From assembly GCF_963921235.1 (NCBI RefSeq), contig NC_086097.1:231262001-231326000 (forward strand): a stretch of 64,000 nt of DNA. The letters are read 5' to 3'. A program made the position numbers and the translations under genes. This document shows positions 35,991 to 47,741 of this stretch, in pieces. How positions within the stretch are numbered: position 1 is the first letter of the stretch; each line of letters starts with the position of its first letter. The DNA comes from Mobula hypostoma. Its lineage: Eukaryota. Under the pieces are notes generated by a model. That model saw only the letters and a list, made by a program, of their open reading frames with translations, was not told the origin of the DNA and searched no databases.

Positions 35991-38956
35991 TCAGTATCCA
36001 GTTCCTGCCTTATCCCCATAACCTTTGATTCCACTATCTTTAAGAGCTCTATCCATCTCTTTCTTGACAGCACCCAGAGACTTGGCCTCCACAGCCTTCT
36101 GGGGCAGAGCATTCCATATATCCACCACTCTCTGGGTGAAAAAGTTTTTCCTCAACTCCGTTCTAAATGGCCTACCCCTTATTCTTAAACTGTGGCCTCT
36201 GGTTCTGGACTCACCCATCAGCGGGAACATGCTTCCTGCCTCCAGCGTGTCCAATCCCTTAGTAATCTTATAAGTTTCAATAAGATCCCCTCTCAGCCTT
36301 CTAAATTCGAGTATACAAGCCCAGTCGCTCCAATCTTTTGACATATGACAGTCCCGCCATCCCGGGAATTAACCTTGTGAACCTATGCTGCACTCCCTCA
36401 ATAGTAAGAATGTCCTTCCTCAAATTTGGAGACCAAAACTGCACACAGTACTCCAAGTGTGGTCTCACCAGAGCCCTGTACAGCTGCCGAAGGACCTCTT
36501 TGCTCTTATACTCAATTTCCCTTGTTATGAAGGCCAGCATGCCATTAGCTTTCTTCACAGCCTGCTGTACTTGCATGCTTGCTTTCAGTGACTGATGTAC
36601 AAGAACACCTAGATCTCGTTGTACTTCCCCTTTTCCTAACTTGACTCCATTTAGATAATAATCTGCCTTCCTGTTCTTAACACCAAAGTAGATAACCTCA
36701 CACTTATCCACATTAAACTGTATCTGCCATGCGTCTGCCCACTCACCCAACCTGTCCAAGTCACCCTGCATTCTCATAACATCCTCCTCACATTTCACAC
36801 TCCTCCGAGCTTTGTGTCATCGGCAAATTTGCTAATGTTACTTTTAATTCCCTCATCTAAATCATTAATATATATTGTAAACAGCTGCGGTCCCAGCACT
36901 GAACTTGCGGTACCCCACTGGTCACCACCTGCCATTCCGAAAGGGACCCGTTAATCGCTACTCTTTGTTTTCTATTGGCCAGCCAATTTTCAATCCATGT
37001 CAGTACTCTGCCACCAATACCATGTGCCCTAGTTTTGCCCACTAATCTCCTATGTGAGACTTTATCAAAGGCTTTCTGAAAGTCCAGGTACACTACATCC
37101 ACTGGCTCTCCCTTGTCCATTTTCATAGTTACATCCTCAAAAAATTCTAGAAGATTAGTCAAGCACGATTTCCCCCTCATAGATCCATGCTGACTCGGAC
37201 CAATCCTGTTACTGCTATCCAGATGTGTCATAATTTCAACTTTTATAATTGACTCCAGCACCTTTCCCACCAGCGACGTCAGTCTAACCGGTCTATAATT
37301 CCCTGTTTTCTCTCTTCCTCCCTTCTTGAAGAGAGGGACAACATTAGCCACCCTCCAATCCACAGGAACTGATCCTGAATCTATAGAACATTGGAAAATG
37401 ATTACCAATGTGTCCACGATTTCTAAAGCCACATCCTTAAGTACCTTGGGATACAGACTATCAGGTCCCGGGGACTTATCAGCCTTCAGACCCAACAGTA
37501 TATCCAACACCATTTCCTGCCTAATATAAATTTCCTCAGTTCATCCATTACTCTAGGTCCTTTGGCCACTATTACATCTGGGAGATTGTTTGTGTCTTCC
37601 CTAGTGAAGACAGATCCAAAGTACCTGTTCAACTCGTCTGCCATTTCCTTGTTCCCCATAATAAATTCACCCGTTTCTGTCTTCAAGGGCCCAGTTTTGG
37701 TCTTAACTATTTTTTTTCCTTTTCACATACCTAGAGAAGCTTTTACTATCCTCCTTTATATCCTTGGCTAGTTTACCTTCGTACCTCATTTTTTCCTCTG
37801 CGTATTGCCTTTTTAGTTACCTTCTGTTGCTCTTTAAAAGTTTCCCAATCCTCCGGCTTCCCACTCGTCTTTGCTATGTTATACTTCTTCTCTTTTATTT
37901 TTATGCTGTCCATTACTTCCCTGGTCAGCCACAGCCTCCCCTTACTCCTCTTAGGATCTTTCTTCCTCTTTGGAATGAACTGATCCTGCACCTTCCGCAT
38001 TATTCCCAGGAACACTTGCCATTGCTGTTCCACTGTCATCCCTGCTAGGGTATTGTTCCATTGAACTTTGGCCAGCTCCTCCCTCATAGCACCATAGTTC
38101 CCTTTGTTCAACTGTAATACTGACACTTCCGAGTTTCCCTTCTCCCTCTCAAATTGTAGATTAAAACTTATCATATTATGGTCACTACCTCCTAATGGCT
38201 CCTTTACCTCAAGGTTCCTGATCAAATCTGGTTCATTGCACAACACTAAATCTAGAATTGCGTTCTCTCTGGTAGGCTCCAGTACAAGCTGTTCTAAGAA
38301 TCCATCTCGGAGGGACTCCACAAACTCCCTTTCTTGGGGTCCAGTACCAACTTGATTCCTCCAGTTTACCTGCATGTTGAAATTCCCTTTAACAACTGTA
38401 GCATTACCTTTGCGACATGCCAATTTTAACTCTTGATTCAACTTACACCCTACATCCAGACTACAGTTTGGGGGCCTGTAGATAACTCCCATTAGGATCT
38501 TTCTACCCTTAGAATTTCTCAGTTTTATCCATACTGACTCTACGTCTCCTGATTCTATGTCCCCCTCGCAAGGGACTGAATATCATTCCTCACCAAAAGA
38601 ACCACCCCACCCCCTCTGCCCATCAGTCTGTCCTTTCGATAGGACGTATACCCTTGAGTATTCATTTCCCAGGCCCTGTCCACTTAAAACCATGTCTCTG
38701 TTATTCCCACAACATCATACTTACCAATTTCCAACTGTGCGTCAAGCTCATCCACTTTATTTCTTATACTCCGTGCACTCATATATAATACTTTTAATTC
38801 ATTACTCCCCTCACCTTTCATATCAATTCCGATTTCACTTGGCCATACTGTACGATCCCTTCTTGAGCTTTCTGCTCTGTTGATTCTGCTGTTTTTCTTA
38901 ACTTTTCTTATTCTCACTTTCCCTTTATATTTCCAGTTCGTCCCCTCCCCCCACAA
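35991..38956 (-). pseudogene. CR1 ORF2 (endonuclease plus RT), frameshifted
   Basis: SARSIRNK, GITETW, SDHN, KSPGPD, LDFQKAFDKV and RPHLEYCVQFW spread across several ORF pieces. Confidence 0.92.
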
Positions 38957-38957
38957 C

Positions 38958-39883
38958 TTAGTTTAAACACACCCGTGTTGCAGAGGCAAATCTGCCTGTC
39001 AGAATGCTGGTGCCCCGCTTATTAAGGTGCAACCCGTCCCTTTTGTACAATTCATCCTTACCCCGAAACATACCCCAGAGGTCCAAGAATGTAAATCCTT
39101 GCTTCCCACACCAGTTCCTCAGCCACACATTCAGATACATTATCTCCCTGTTCTTGCCCACTCCAGCACGAGGAACTGGAAGCAAACCGGAGATAACCAC
39201 CCTGGAAGTCCTGCTTTTCAGCCTTCTTCCGAGTTCTCTGAAGTCACGCTGTAGAATGTCTTTCCTCTTCTTCCCCACGTCATTTTTGCCGACATGCACC
39301 ACCACTTTCGGATGCTCACCTTCACTCTTGAGGATTCCCTGCAATCGGTCCGTGACATCCTGGATCCCGGCACCAGGGAGGCAACACACCATCCTTAAAT
39401 CTCGTCTGTTGCCTCAGAAACCCCTTTCTATACCTCTCACTATGGAGTCCCCTACTACCACGGCTCTGCTTGACGTCTGTCTCCTTGGCTTTGCTTCAGC
39501 GCCAATTGTTGACTTGCAGACCTGACCGCCTCTCAGGCTGGCATCATCTTCTGTCCCGACAGCTTCCAAGAGGGTGAACCTGTTTACGAGAGGCACATCT
39601 CCTGGGGTCTTCTGTACTTCAAGCATCTTTTCCTTGCTCATCGTCACCCCCTTCTCTCTTCTGGTTTCCTCGGTGTAACGACCTCACCGTAGGTCCTGTG
39701 CAGAAAACTCTCGTTTTCCCGGATGAACCTAATGTCTTCTAGTTGCCTCTCCAGTGCTGCAACATGGTCCTTCAGAAGCTGAAACTGGACACATTTTCCA
39801 CAGGTGTAGGAGTCAGAGGCACTATCAGTGTCCCTGACCTCCCACATCAAGCACGCAGCGCACTGAGTCAACCTAGCGGTCAT
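38958..39883 (-). pseudogene. CR1 ORF1: Cys4 zinc finger, coiled coil and SGNH esterase (disrupted)
   Basis: CAACLMW...YTCGKC, LKDHVAALERQLEDI, VVVGDSIVRG (block I), VHVGKND (block III), DGLHLN (block V). Confidence 0.9.
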
Positions 39884-40169
39884 CTCTTCACCACTTCTCA
39901 CCCTGTCCAACTGTGGCGTAGTGTCCTCTCTCAGCCTCTGCTCGCCGAAGCCTCTCGAGCCAAAGCCTCCCTCTACTTCGTCGCCCGCTCCATCAAACTG
40001 CTGTCTTTTAAATACTCCCGCTGACTCACGGACTGACTTGTACGCGCTTGCACAGTCCTGTCCCAATCAACCGCCAAGAAAAATGCAGTATTTGGCTGAG
40101 GCTTTTGGAAAGAATGTTGTTAGATAACTGGATTGATATCTAACACAAAAGAAATGGTTAAATCTGATA

Positions 40170-41520
40170 AAGCAGAACCTGGTTTATCACTGTTATATGA
40201 CATGAGATTTGTTATGTGGCAGCAGTGCAGTGCAAACACAGAAAATTACTATCAATTACAAAATATAGAGAGAAGGAATTTATTTCTACCCTCTTCTGTT
40301 GAGTGTGGGTCTTCAGGCTCTTGTACCTCCTCCCTGATGATCGTAACAAGAAAAGGGCATGTCCCTGGACAGTGAGTGTCCTAGGTGATGATAGTGCCTT
40401 CCTTAGAGCACAACTGCTTCCACAATGGTGGGGAGAGATGTACTCGTGATGGAGTTGGCTGATCTTATAGCCCTCTGAAGCTCTTGCAGTCATGTGCGGT
40501 GGAACCTCCTTACCAGACTGTGATGCAACTGGTCAGAATACTCTCCACAGTGGAAACCATAGAAAAACTACAGCACAGAAACAGGCCTTTTGGCCCTTCT
40601 TGGCTGTGCCAAACCATTTTCTGCCTAGTCCCACTGACCTGCACACGGACCATATCCCTCCATACACCTCCCATCCATGTATCTGTCCAATTTATTCTTA
40701 AATGTTAAAAAAGAACCCGCATTTACCACCTCGTCTGGCAGCTCATTCCATACTCCCACCACTCTCTGTGTGAAGAAGCCCCCCCAATGTTCCCTTTAAA
40801 TGTTTCTCCCCTCACCCTTAACCCATGTCCTCTGGTTTTTTTCTCCCCTTGCCTCAGTGGAAAAAGCCTGCTTGCATTCACTCTATCTATACCCATCATA
40901 ATTTTATATACCTCTGTCAAATCTCCCCTCATTCTTCTACGCTCCAGGGAATAAAGTCCTAACCTATTCAACCTTTCTCTGTAACTGAGTTTCTCTAGTC
41001 CTGGCAACATCCTTGTAAACCTTCTCTGCACTCTTTCAACCTTATTTATATCCTTCCTGTAATTTGGTGACCAAAACTGAACACAATACTCCAGATTCGG
41101 CCTCACCAATGCCTTATACAACCTCATCATAACATTCCAGCTCTTATACTCAATACTTTGATTAATAAAGGCCAATGTACCAAAAGCTCTCTTTACGACC
41201 TTATCTACCTGTGACGCCACTTTTAGGGAATTTTGTATCTGTATTCCCAGATCCCTCTGTTCCACTGCACTCCTCAGTGCCTTACCATTAACCCTGTATG
41301 TTCTACCTTGGTTTGTCCTTCCAACGTGCAATACCTCACACTTGTCTGTATTAAACTCCATCTGCCATTTTTCAGCCCATTTTTCCAGCTGGTCCAAGTC
41401 CCTCTGCAGGCTCTGAAAACCTTCCTCACTGTCTACTACACCTCCAATCTTTGTATCATCAGCAAATTTGCTGATCCAATACAGAAGTCTTTGGTGATAT
41501 ACTAAATCTCCTCAAGCCCC
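40170..41520 (-). mobile_element. Rex1/Babar 3' fragment (40170-40552, about 41480-41520) interrupted by a CR1
   Basis: VESILTSCITVW-like sequence and SGRRYKSLKTHT on -. Confidence 0.7.
40553..41479 (-). mobile_element. Young CR1 3' fragment
   Basis: ORF 40723-41397 WAEKWQMEFNTDKC...RPNLEYCVQFW; KFADD-encoding sequence at about 41455-41470. Confidence 0.95.
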
Positions 41521-42505
41521 TAACATCTGATCTCAGCCCAATGACCATCTGCAGTATTCTTCAGAGAAGTTCCTTTTCCTCTCCATCTTCAGCTGGTTCA
41601 TAATAAAGCCCTCACTCCATTGTTCATGCCATCATGATATTAGGGCGTGTTCTGGAGTTACAGTATATAGCAAATACTAATTTCCACCAGCAACCTGTCT
41701 TCAGATTTGAAAGTGGATTGTGGATTGAATTTAAAATGCAGCTTTGAACAATGGTCTTCCTGGAGCTGCAGACTGGGGTTGATTGCAAAACCAGGAAACG
41801 CCCGTTCACCAGAGATGTCTGCATATGCATGAATGCAACTAGAGAGACAATGGTGATTAGCATTCAGTCTAGTGTGCCTGGAAGGTTGGTGTGAAGATTT
41901 AGAGATGTTTGTAAATTATGTGTAACCTAAATGAAGCAGTGTCAACCCAAAGTATTGAAGTAAATAATTTCTTTGTAACCACAGAAACTGTATTAAGTTA
42001 TCGTGGATCTTATGGATATAAAAATGTGATGTACTTTCAGTTTAGGAGGCCTCTTCTTCCATTGGTGTCCTCAGTGTGATGCCTGTTTATTCTGCTGAAT
42101 AAAGACTTCTATATCCACCAGCCGCTGTGTCTCTCCAGTGACTTTGATCACAGTCACAACAATGAGATCAGAGGTGCGGATTTTGACTGATGATAGCACA
42201 GCATTCAGGTCCATATTCAGCACCTTGGATAAGGGAACATACCGTGCCTGCACAAAGCAAAACCTACGTAATATTCAGGCTTGGGCAGCTAAGAGACAAG
42301 TAACATTTCTACTGAAGGTTCACAAAAGATGAAACAGGAAAAAATCTAATTACCTCCCCTTGATATCTAACTGCATTACAATTTGCAACTTTGGGGCTGG
42401 GTAAACCTAGAATCTGCCTCACTAGTTCTGTGATTTTAGATTTAGATTTAGAGATACAGCAGGTCCAGTGAGCCTGTGCCACCCAATTACACCCCTGTAC
42501 CCAAA

Positions 42506-42740
42506 GCAACACACACAAAATACCGGAGGAACTCAGCAGGTCAGGCAGCATCTATGGAAAAGAGTACTGTTGACATTTCGGGCCGAGACCCTTCATCAGT
42601 ACCCCTTCATCAGTATCCGATGAAGGGTCTCAGCCTGAAATGTCGACTGCACTCTTTTCCAGCTGCCTGACCTGCTGAGTTCCTCCAGCATTTTGTGTGT
42701 GTTGCTCGGATTTCCAGCATCTGCAGATTTTCTCTTGTTT
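42506..42740. mobile_element. Fold-back doublet of Penelope pLTR ends
   Basis: Inverted arms of about 90 bp (42506-42600 and 42617-42705). Confidence 0.85.
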
Positions 42741-43669
42741 GTCATGTGACCAAAGAAGTAGGACGTGTGAATGATCAAACAGAAACCCGACAAGTATAAA
42801 TTTCTCATCAGCAAGATTAGGAGGTTCTTAATGTGGGTGAGCACTTGCAACTTTTCTCTTAATTTTGCTGACCCAAAATGGAAATATTTTATAGCTGCTT
42901 TATTATATGTTATGTTGTCATCATATATAACTATCGGTTATTAAAAATAGAAACAGAAACTGCTTATTTGGCAGATTAGGCAGCATTTGGGAAGAGGGAA
43001 ACAGAATTAATATTTCAGGTCAATAACCTTTCATCAAACAAAATGACCTGAGCTGCTAACTCCATTTGTCCCTCCGCATAGGATCCCAGCTTTGCTGAGT
43101 ATTTCCAGTATATTCCATTTTGTATTTTAGGTTTCTAGTTTTTATTCCTTTGGCTTTTTGATATGATAGTTTAGCCTGTTGCAAAACATGTCTGTTGTAG
43201 CTGCTATTAACTACCTCCATTAATGACATTTACATATAGTTGAAAGTCAGTCTGTCAGTAGAGAAATGCTGGCGGTTATAAATATTCAACAGTGCCTTTG
43301 TGATTTCAGAAGTGACAATATCCAGAACGTTCTTAGATCTTTAACCTGTCAAAGGTTTGCCAGGAAGTTGTCAGGATAAGCCTCAGGGAGGTGGTGATTA
43401 CCCCTTTATATTCTACAACTGCATTTATGAATTTCGACATCGTCCCTGGGCATATATCCAGAGGCATATATAGACTAGCTACATTCACTCACGTAGGGCT
43501 CCACTACGGCACCAAACAAGCAGCCAATAGCAATTGTGAGCTTGTAGAATTTCTACTGCAGATCATCTAGCTTGCTGTAATGTTGAAAAAGTTGTGCTTT
43601 CATTGGTCATTTTGAGGACAACAGAGAGCAAAATCTGTAGAATATATTCAAGTGATTATTGATTTGCAG

Positions 43670-44380
43670 TGAGAACGATGGTAGTGCAGGTTGGTCGAGG
43701 AAGCTTGTCTTGCAGATGCTGAGTGTAAGGCCACATATCATCTTGCACACCCCGTTTAACAAGTTGACAATCTCTTGGAGCCTGACCTCAGAGATGTGCG
43801 CAACACAAGCATCACCTGCATACTGCCATTACTGACCAAGGTTTGGGTAAATTTGGTTCTGGAGTGTACGGACCAGAGGTAGAACAGCATTCTGTAAGTG
43901 CTGAAAATTGCCTGTACTCCAGCCGGAGGTTTGTTGGGTTGGAGGTGAGACGTAATGTGGCAACACGAAATTCTGGGCAATGTGTTGGGACAATGGCACT
44001 GCTTTGACATGGACTTCCCTGAGTTTGGTTCTGTTGTAGGTAAGTTTGTTAACATCATGGCTTGCATACTGTTGTGGAGCAGAAAGGAAATGGAGTTGAC
44101 ACAGATGAGGGTATTCCACACTCTCTGCTGACTGATGAAATCAAATGATTTGGTGTGGTTGGTAAAGGCTGTACTTAAAGATCTGTGCTGCTTCCTGCAT
44201 TTTCATTTGAAATACTGTCTGGGGACGTTCATGTGCATTGTGCCTTGGGTGGATGAAATCTGCACAGCAATTCTGGATTGCAGCACTTTTTCCTCTGTGA
44301 AGGCAACCTGGTACTTTTCGGAAATCTCAACACAGGGTCAGAAAACATACAACCATTTGACAAGGAGGCATTCATGAGAT
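43670..44380 (-). mobile_element. Ancient RTE-clade LINE RT fragment
   Basis: Decayed similarity to PESQCGFR..RGT.DM...EKCREQ..L..AF.D.TKAFD and LLH..MQAM on -. Confidence 0.6.
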
Positions 44381-44449
44381 TTTACTTGTGACAAGATGCT
44401 TGGAGTCTGATTGTGTCTTAATAAAAACCTTGTTTCATCAGAGAGGTAA

Positions 44450-44748
44450 GCACAAGCGAGCACTTCCACTCCAAAGACCGTTATAACACTGAGGATAAGA
44501 ATTTTAACAAAGGTGAAGGTCTCGCTCTAAGCAAGAACTGGAATTCGATTTTAAGAACGGTGGGACAGCAGAAATCTGTTTGGATGAGGACTAACCAATC
44601 AGGAGGGACAGACTACGGGGGTATAAATACCACTGGACTAGACATGCCCAGGCATCATCCCTGATGAAGATGGCAGAGTTTGTCATTGAAACATTGGTTA
44701 AAATCAATACCTGTACCCGGCTGGATGCCCAAGAAGAGTTTATTCGCC
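44450..44748 (+). mobile_element. 3' end/pLTR of a second PLE family
   Basis: NFNKGEGLALSKNWNSI end of ORF, CCAATCA, TATAAATA, then the hammerhead motif CTGATGAA-stem-GAAAC. Confidence 0.7.
44655..44700 (+). ncRNA. Minimal hammerhead ribozyme motif, second PLE family
   Basis: CTGATGA-A, stem II GATGGCA/TGTCATT, then GAAAC-ATT. Stem I is weak. Confidence 0.5.
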
Positions 44749-45299
44749 ATTATATTGTTTTCATCATCTATGTGAGAGTCTCCAAAAGCATCTGCATTGG
44801 CCACTCTTTTACAGTTGCTGGGCCCCTCACTATCTCCATGAACAAAGCCCAAAATATCAACAATATTGTCACAATGAGATGAATATTGAAGTTCAGAACG
44901 CAAATTTGGTTCTTCACAGGCAGTGTCTAACAATCAGTAAACTCTTAGTTTACCGCAGCAGAAAAATGTCTGTAGTTCATGGGTTGCACTGGTCCACCTT
45001 AATTGGCACTTGTAAAGAGTCTCTTGAATTCTCTAGCATGAACCAGAGTTGTTTTGATGAGAATGACCATGATGTCGAGGAGCTAAATAACTGAAAACTT
45101 AAGTGTTTTCCTGGATTTGAAGTTTCATTCTCCCTAACTGAAAAGAAAATGCTCAATAGACACCTAAAGCCGGAGTCCAGCAGAAAGTTTCAAGATGGAG
45201 CCAAGCTGCAGTCGAGATTGTGGCTCAGACTTAGTTTTTTAAAGTCGTAGGGATGGTTTTGTGGACAGAGAGAGGGGTTTTGTGGACAGAGAGAGGAAT

Positions 45300-45645
45300 T
45301 AGGGATCACATTGATCGTGTAGATAGTCAGAGGCTTTTCCCCAGGGATGAAATGGCTAGCACATGAGGGCATAGTTTTAAGGTGCTTGGAAGTAGGTACA
45401 GAAGAGATGTCAGGGGTAAGTTTTTTACTCAGAGAGTGGTGAGTGCGTGGAATGGGCTGCCAGCGGCAGTGGTGGAGGCAGAAACTATAGGGTCTTTTAA
45501 GGAACTCCTGGATGGCTACATGGAGCTGAGAAAAATAGAGGGCTATGGGTAAAGCCTAGGTAGTTCTAAAGTGGGGACATGTTCGGCACAGCTTTGTGGG
45601 ACAAAGGGCCTGTGTTGTGCTGAAGGTTTTCTATGTTCCTATGTT
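45300..45645 (+). mobile_element. CR1 3' fragment
   Basis: DRVDSQRLFP...GHSFKV...FFTQRVV; (TTCTATG)n-like tail. Confidence 0.88.
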
Positions 45646-46049
45646 ACATTGGGGTTTAGGAATAGTTATATGGGGAGTTAGAGGTCAGATTAGGGTTTAG
45701 GAACGTGGATTTGGAGGAGTTAGAGATCAGGCCTACTCTCCACATTTGAAGACTGTGGACAGGTGACGAGGGACATGCGAAATCAAGGCCTCTGCTCTGC
45801 ATTCGAAAGGCCAGCAGAATAGAAACGGGGACAAAGTACATTCGTGGTTGTTGGGCTGTCCCAGGTCAGTGCATGTGAGTAGGAATCACGAGGAGACATA
45901 AGGGCCAGACAGTCAGCGCGCTCGGAGATCAAGCCCCAGGATCCAATCATTGGCTAGTCTGGTGGTCGATACTGAAGACTGAAGCCTGAAGATTGATTGG
46001 AAGTCTGGAAATCATAGCCTGATTGCCGAATCCTGGTTTGACAGAGGGT

Positions 46050-46266
46050 TAACGAGCTTCCAGCAGAAGTGGTTGAAGCAGGTTCGATGTTGTTGTTTAA
46101 AGTTAACTTGGATAGATATATGGACAGGAAAGGAATGGAGGGTTATTGGCCAAGTGCAGGTCAGTGGGACTAGGTGAGAGTAACAGTTTGGCACAGACTA
46201 GAAGGGCCGAGATGGCCTGTTTCCGTGCTGTAATGGTTATATGGTTATATGGTTATACATATGGTT
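46050..46266 (+). mobile_element. CR1 3' end with (TATATGGT)n tail
   Basis: CR1 3' UTR motif GAAGGGCCGAGATGGCCTGTTTCCGTGCTGTA. Confidence 0.85.
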
Positions 46267-46528
46267 AATCAAAACCTGATGGAAGGACCACTTTAAAAGC
46301 CACCTCAACGACGACCAAGAGTGCCCTGGACTCCATCCCAAAATAGCCTGTTAGGGCTGATGTTTTACCAAAGAGAAATTGAGAAGGCCATACCAGAGAT
46401 TAGACGGTATCCATGAAATTCTAAAACCTGATTGTGAAGAGCTTCACTCACAAATTCACAATCTCATCATTTACATATCAGGAGAGGAGGATATTCTGGC
46501 AGCTTTAGGGAAGTCCATGTATACCATA

Positions 46529-46817
46529 GTAACACACACAAAATGCTGGAGGAACTCAGCAGGCCAGGCAGTATCTAAGGAAAAGAGTAAACAGTCGACA
46601 TTTTGGGCCAAGACCCTTCATCAGGACTGGAAAAAAGAGATTAGAAGTCAGAGTCTGAAGGCAGGGGGAGGAGAGGAAGAAGTACTGATGAACGGTTTCA
46701 CCCTGAGACGTTAACTGTTTGCTCTTTTCCAAAGATGCTGCTTGGCTTGCTGAGTTCCTCCAGCATTTTGTGGGCATTACTTTGATTTCCAGCATCTGCA
46801 GATTTTCTGTTGTTTGT
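46529..46817. mobile_element. Second fold-back doublet of Penelope pLTR ends
   Basis: A minus-strand pLTR at 46529-46683 abuts a plus-strand pLTR starting at CTGATGAA (46685). Confidence 0.85.
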
Positions 46818-47347
46818 TCTTCCATGTATATTATCCCCACCAACTCTACCTGTTAGTTCATTAAAATGTTCTATTGATGATATGTAGTTTGCACTTAACA
46901 AACCCTTATCATTAATTAACCAGTTTTCCTTCAAGTATTAATTAGTCCTGTCCCAGATTAATAATTGCTGGGTTTATCCATACTCAGGTGAGTGTTATTT
47001 GCTCTTTTCCTTTGGCAGCGGCTCCTATATTGACACAACATTGTGAAATTAAGGTCAGCCACCACCTCCCCACCTCTTTTCGCATCCAGCTATTTCCTCC
47101 TGTACTCCCCAAAGATTCCTGGTAACTTACCTCGTGTCTCTACTCCTTCAGTATTACTTTTCAGAGCATCTGCTTCCCCAGTGAAGGCAGATGCAAAGTA
47201 CATGGTATTCATATACAAGTGCTGATTTGTGTCTTCAATGGGCTTCACCCCTTTAACTAGTGATATGTCTACATAACACTGTCAGCTTCCCAATTATGTT
47301 GGCAGCTAATTGTTGGAGCCATGTATCTGTTCTCGATCTGCTTTGTA

Positions 47348-47741
47348 CGAGGGGTGATTGATAAGTTTGTGGCCTAAAGTGGAAGGGATCAATTTTAGAA
47401 AACCTAGCGCATTTATTTTTCAACATAGTCCCCTCCTACATTTACACACTCAGTCCAGCGGTCGTGGAGCATACGAATCTTGGACCTCCAGAAAGTGCCC
47501 ACAACATGGGTGATTGATAAGTTTGTGGCTTAAGGTAGAAGGAGATGAGTTATACAGCTCTCGTTACATGCACGTGCAGTTCAACTCTTTGAGTGATTAT
47601 GCAGAAAGTTTGAAGTTGATAGCTCATCAAATATCACTATGATGATTGTACGTTCTAGTATCAATTGTTTGGCGACAATAAAGTATGAAGTATAAAGTAT
47701 CTCCTTCTACCCTAGGCCATGAACTTATCAATCACCCCTCG
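47348..47741. mobile_element. Tc1/mariner-type MITE with TA TSD
   Basis: TA|CGAGGGGTGATTGATAAGTT...AACTTATCAATCACCCCTCG|TA. There is a third, internal TIR copy at about 47508 and a LINE 3'-end scrap at about 47630-47699. Confidence 0.92.

Larger units (their letters stand above)
35893..40080 (-). mobile_element. Essentially full-length CR1 LINE (5' UTR, ORF1, ORF2, 3' tail) with several frameshifts
   Basis: ORF1 and ORF2 segments occur in the expected order; (TTGTCTA)n tail at about 35893-35917. Confidence 0.95.
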
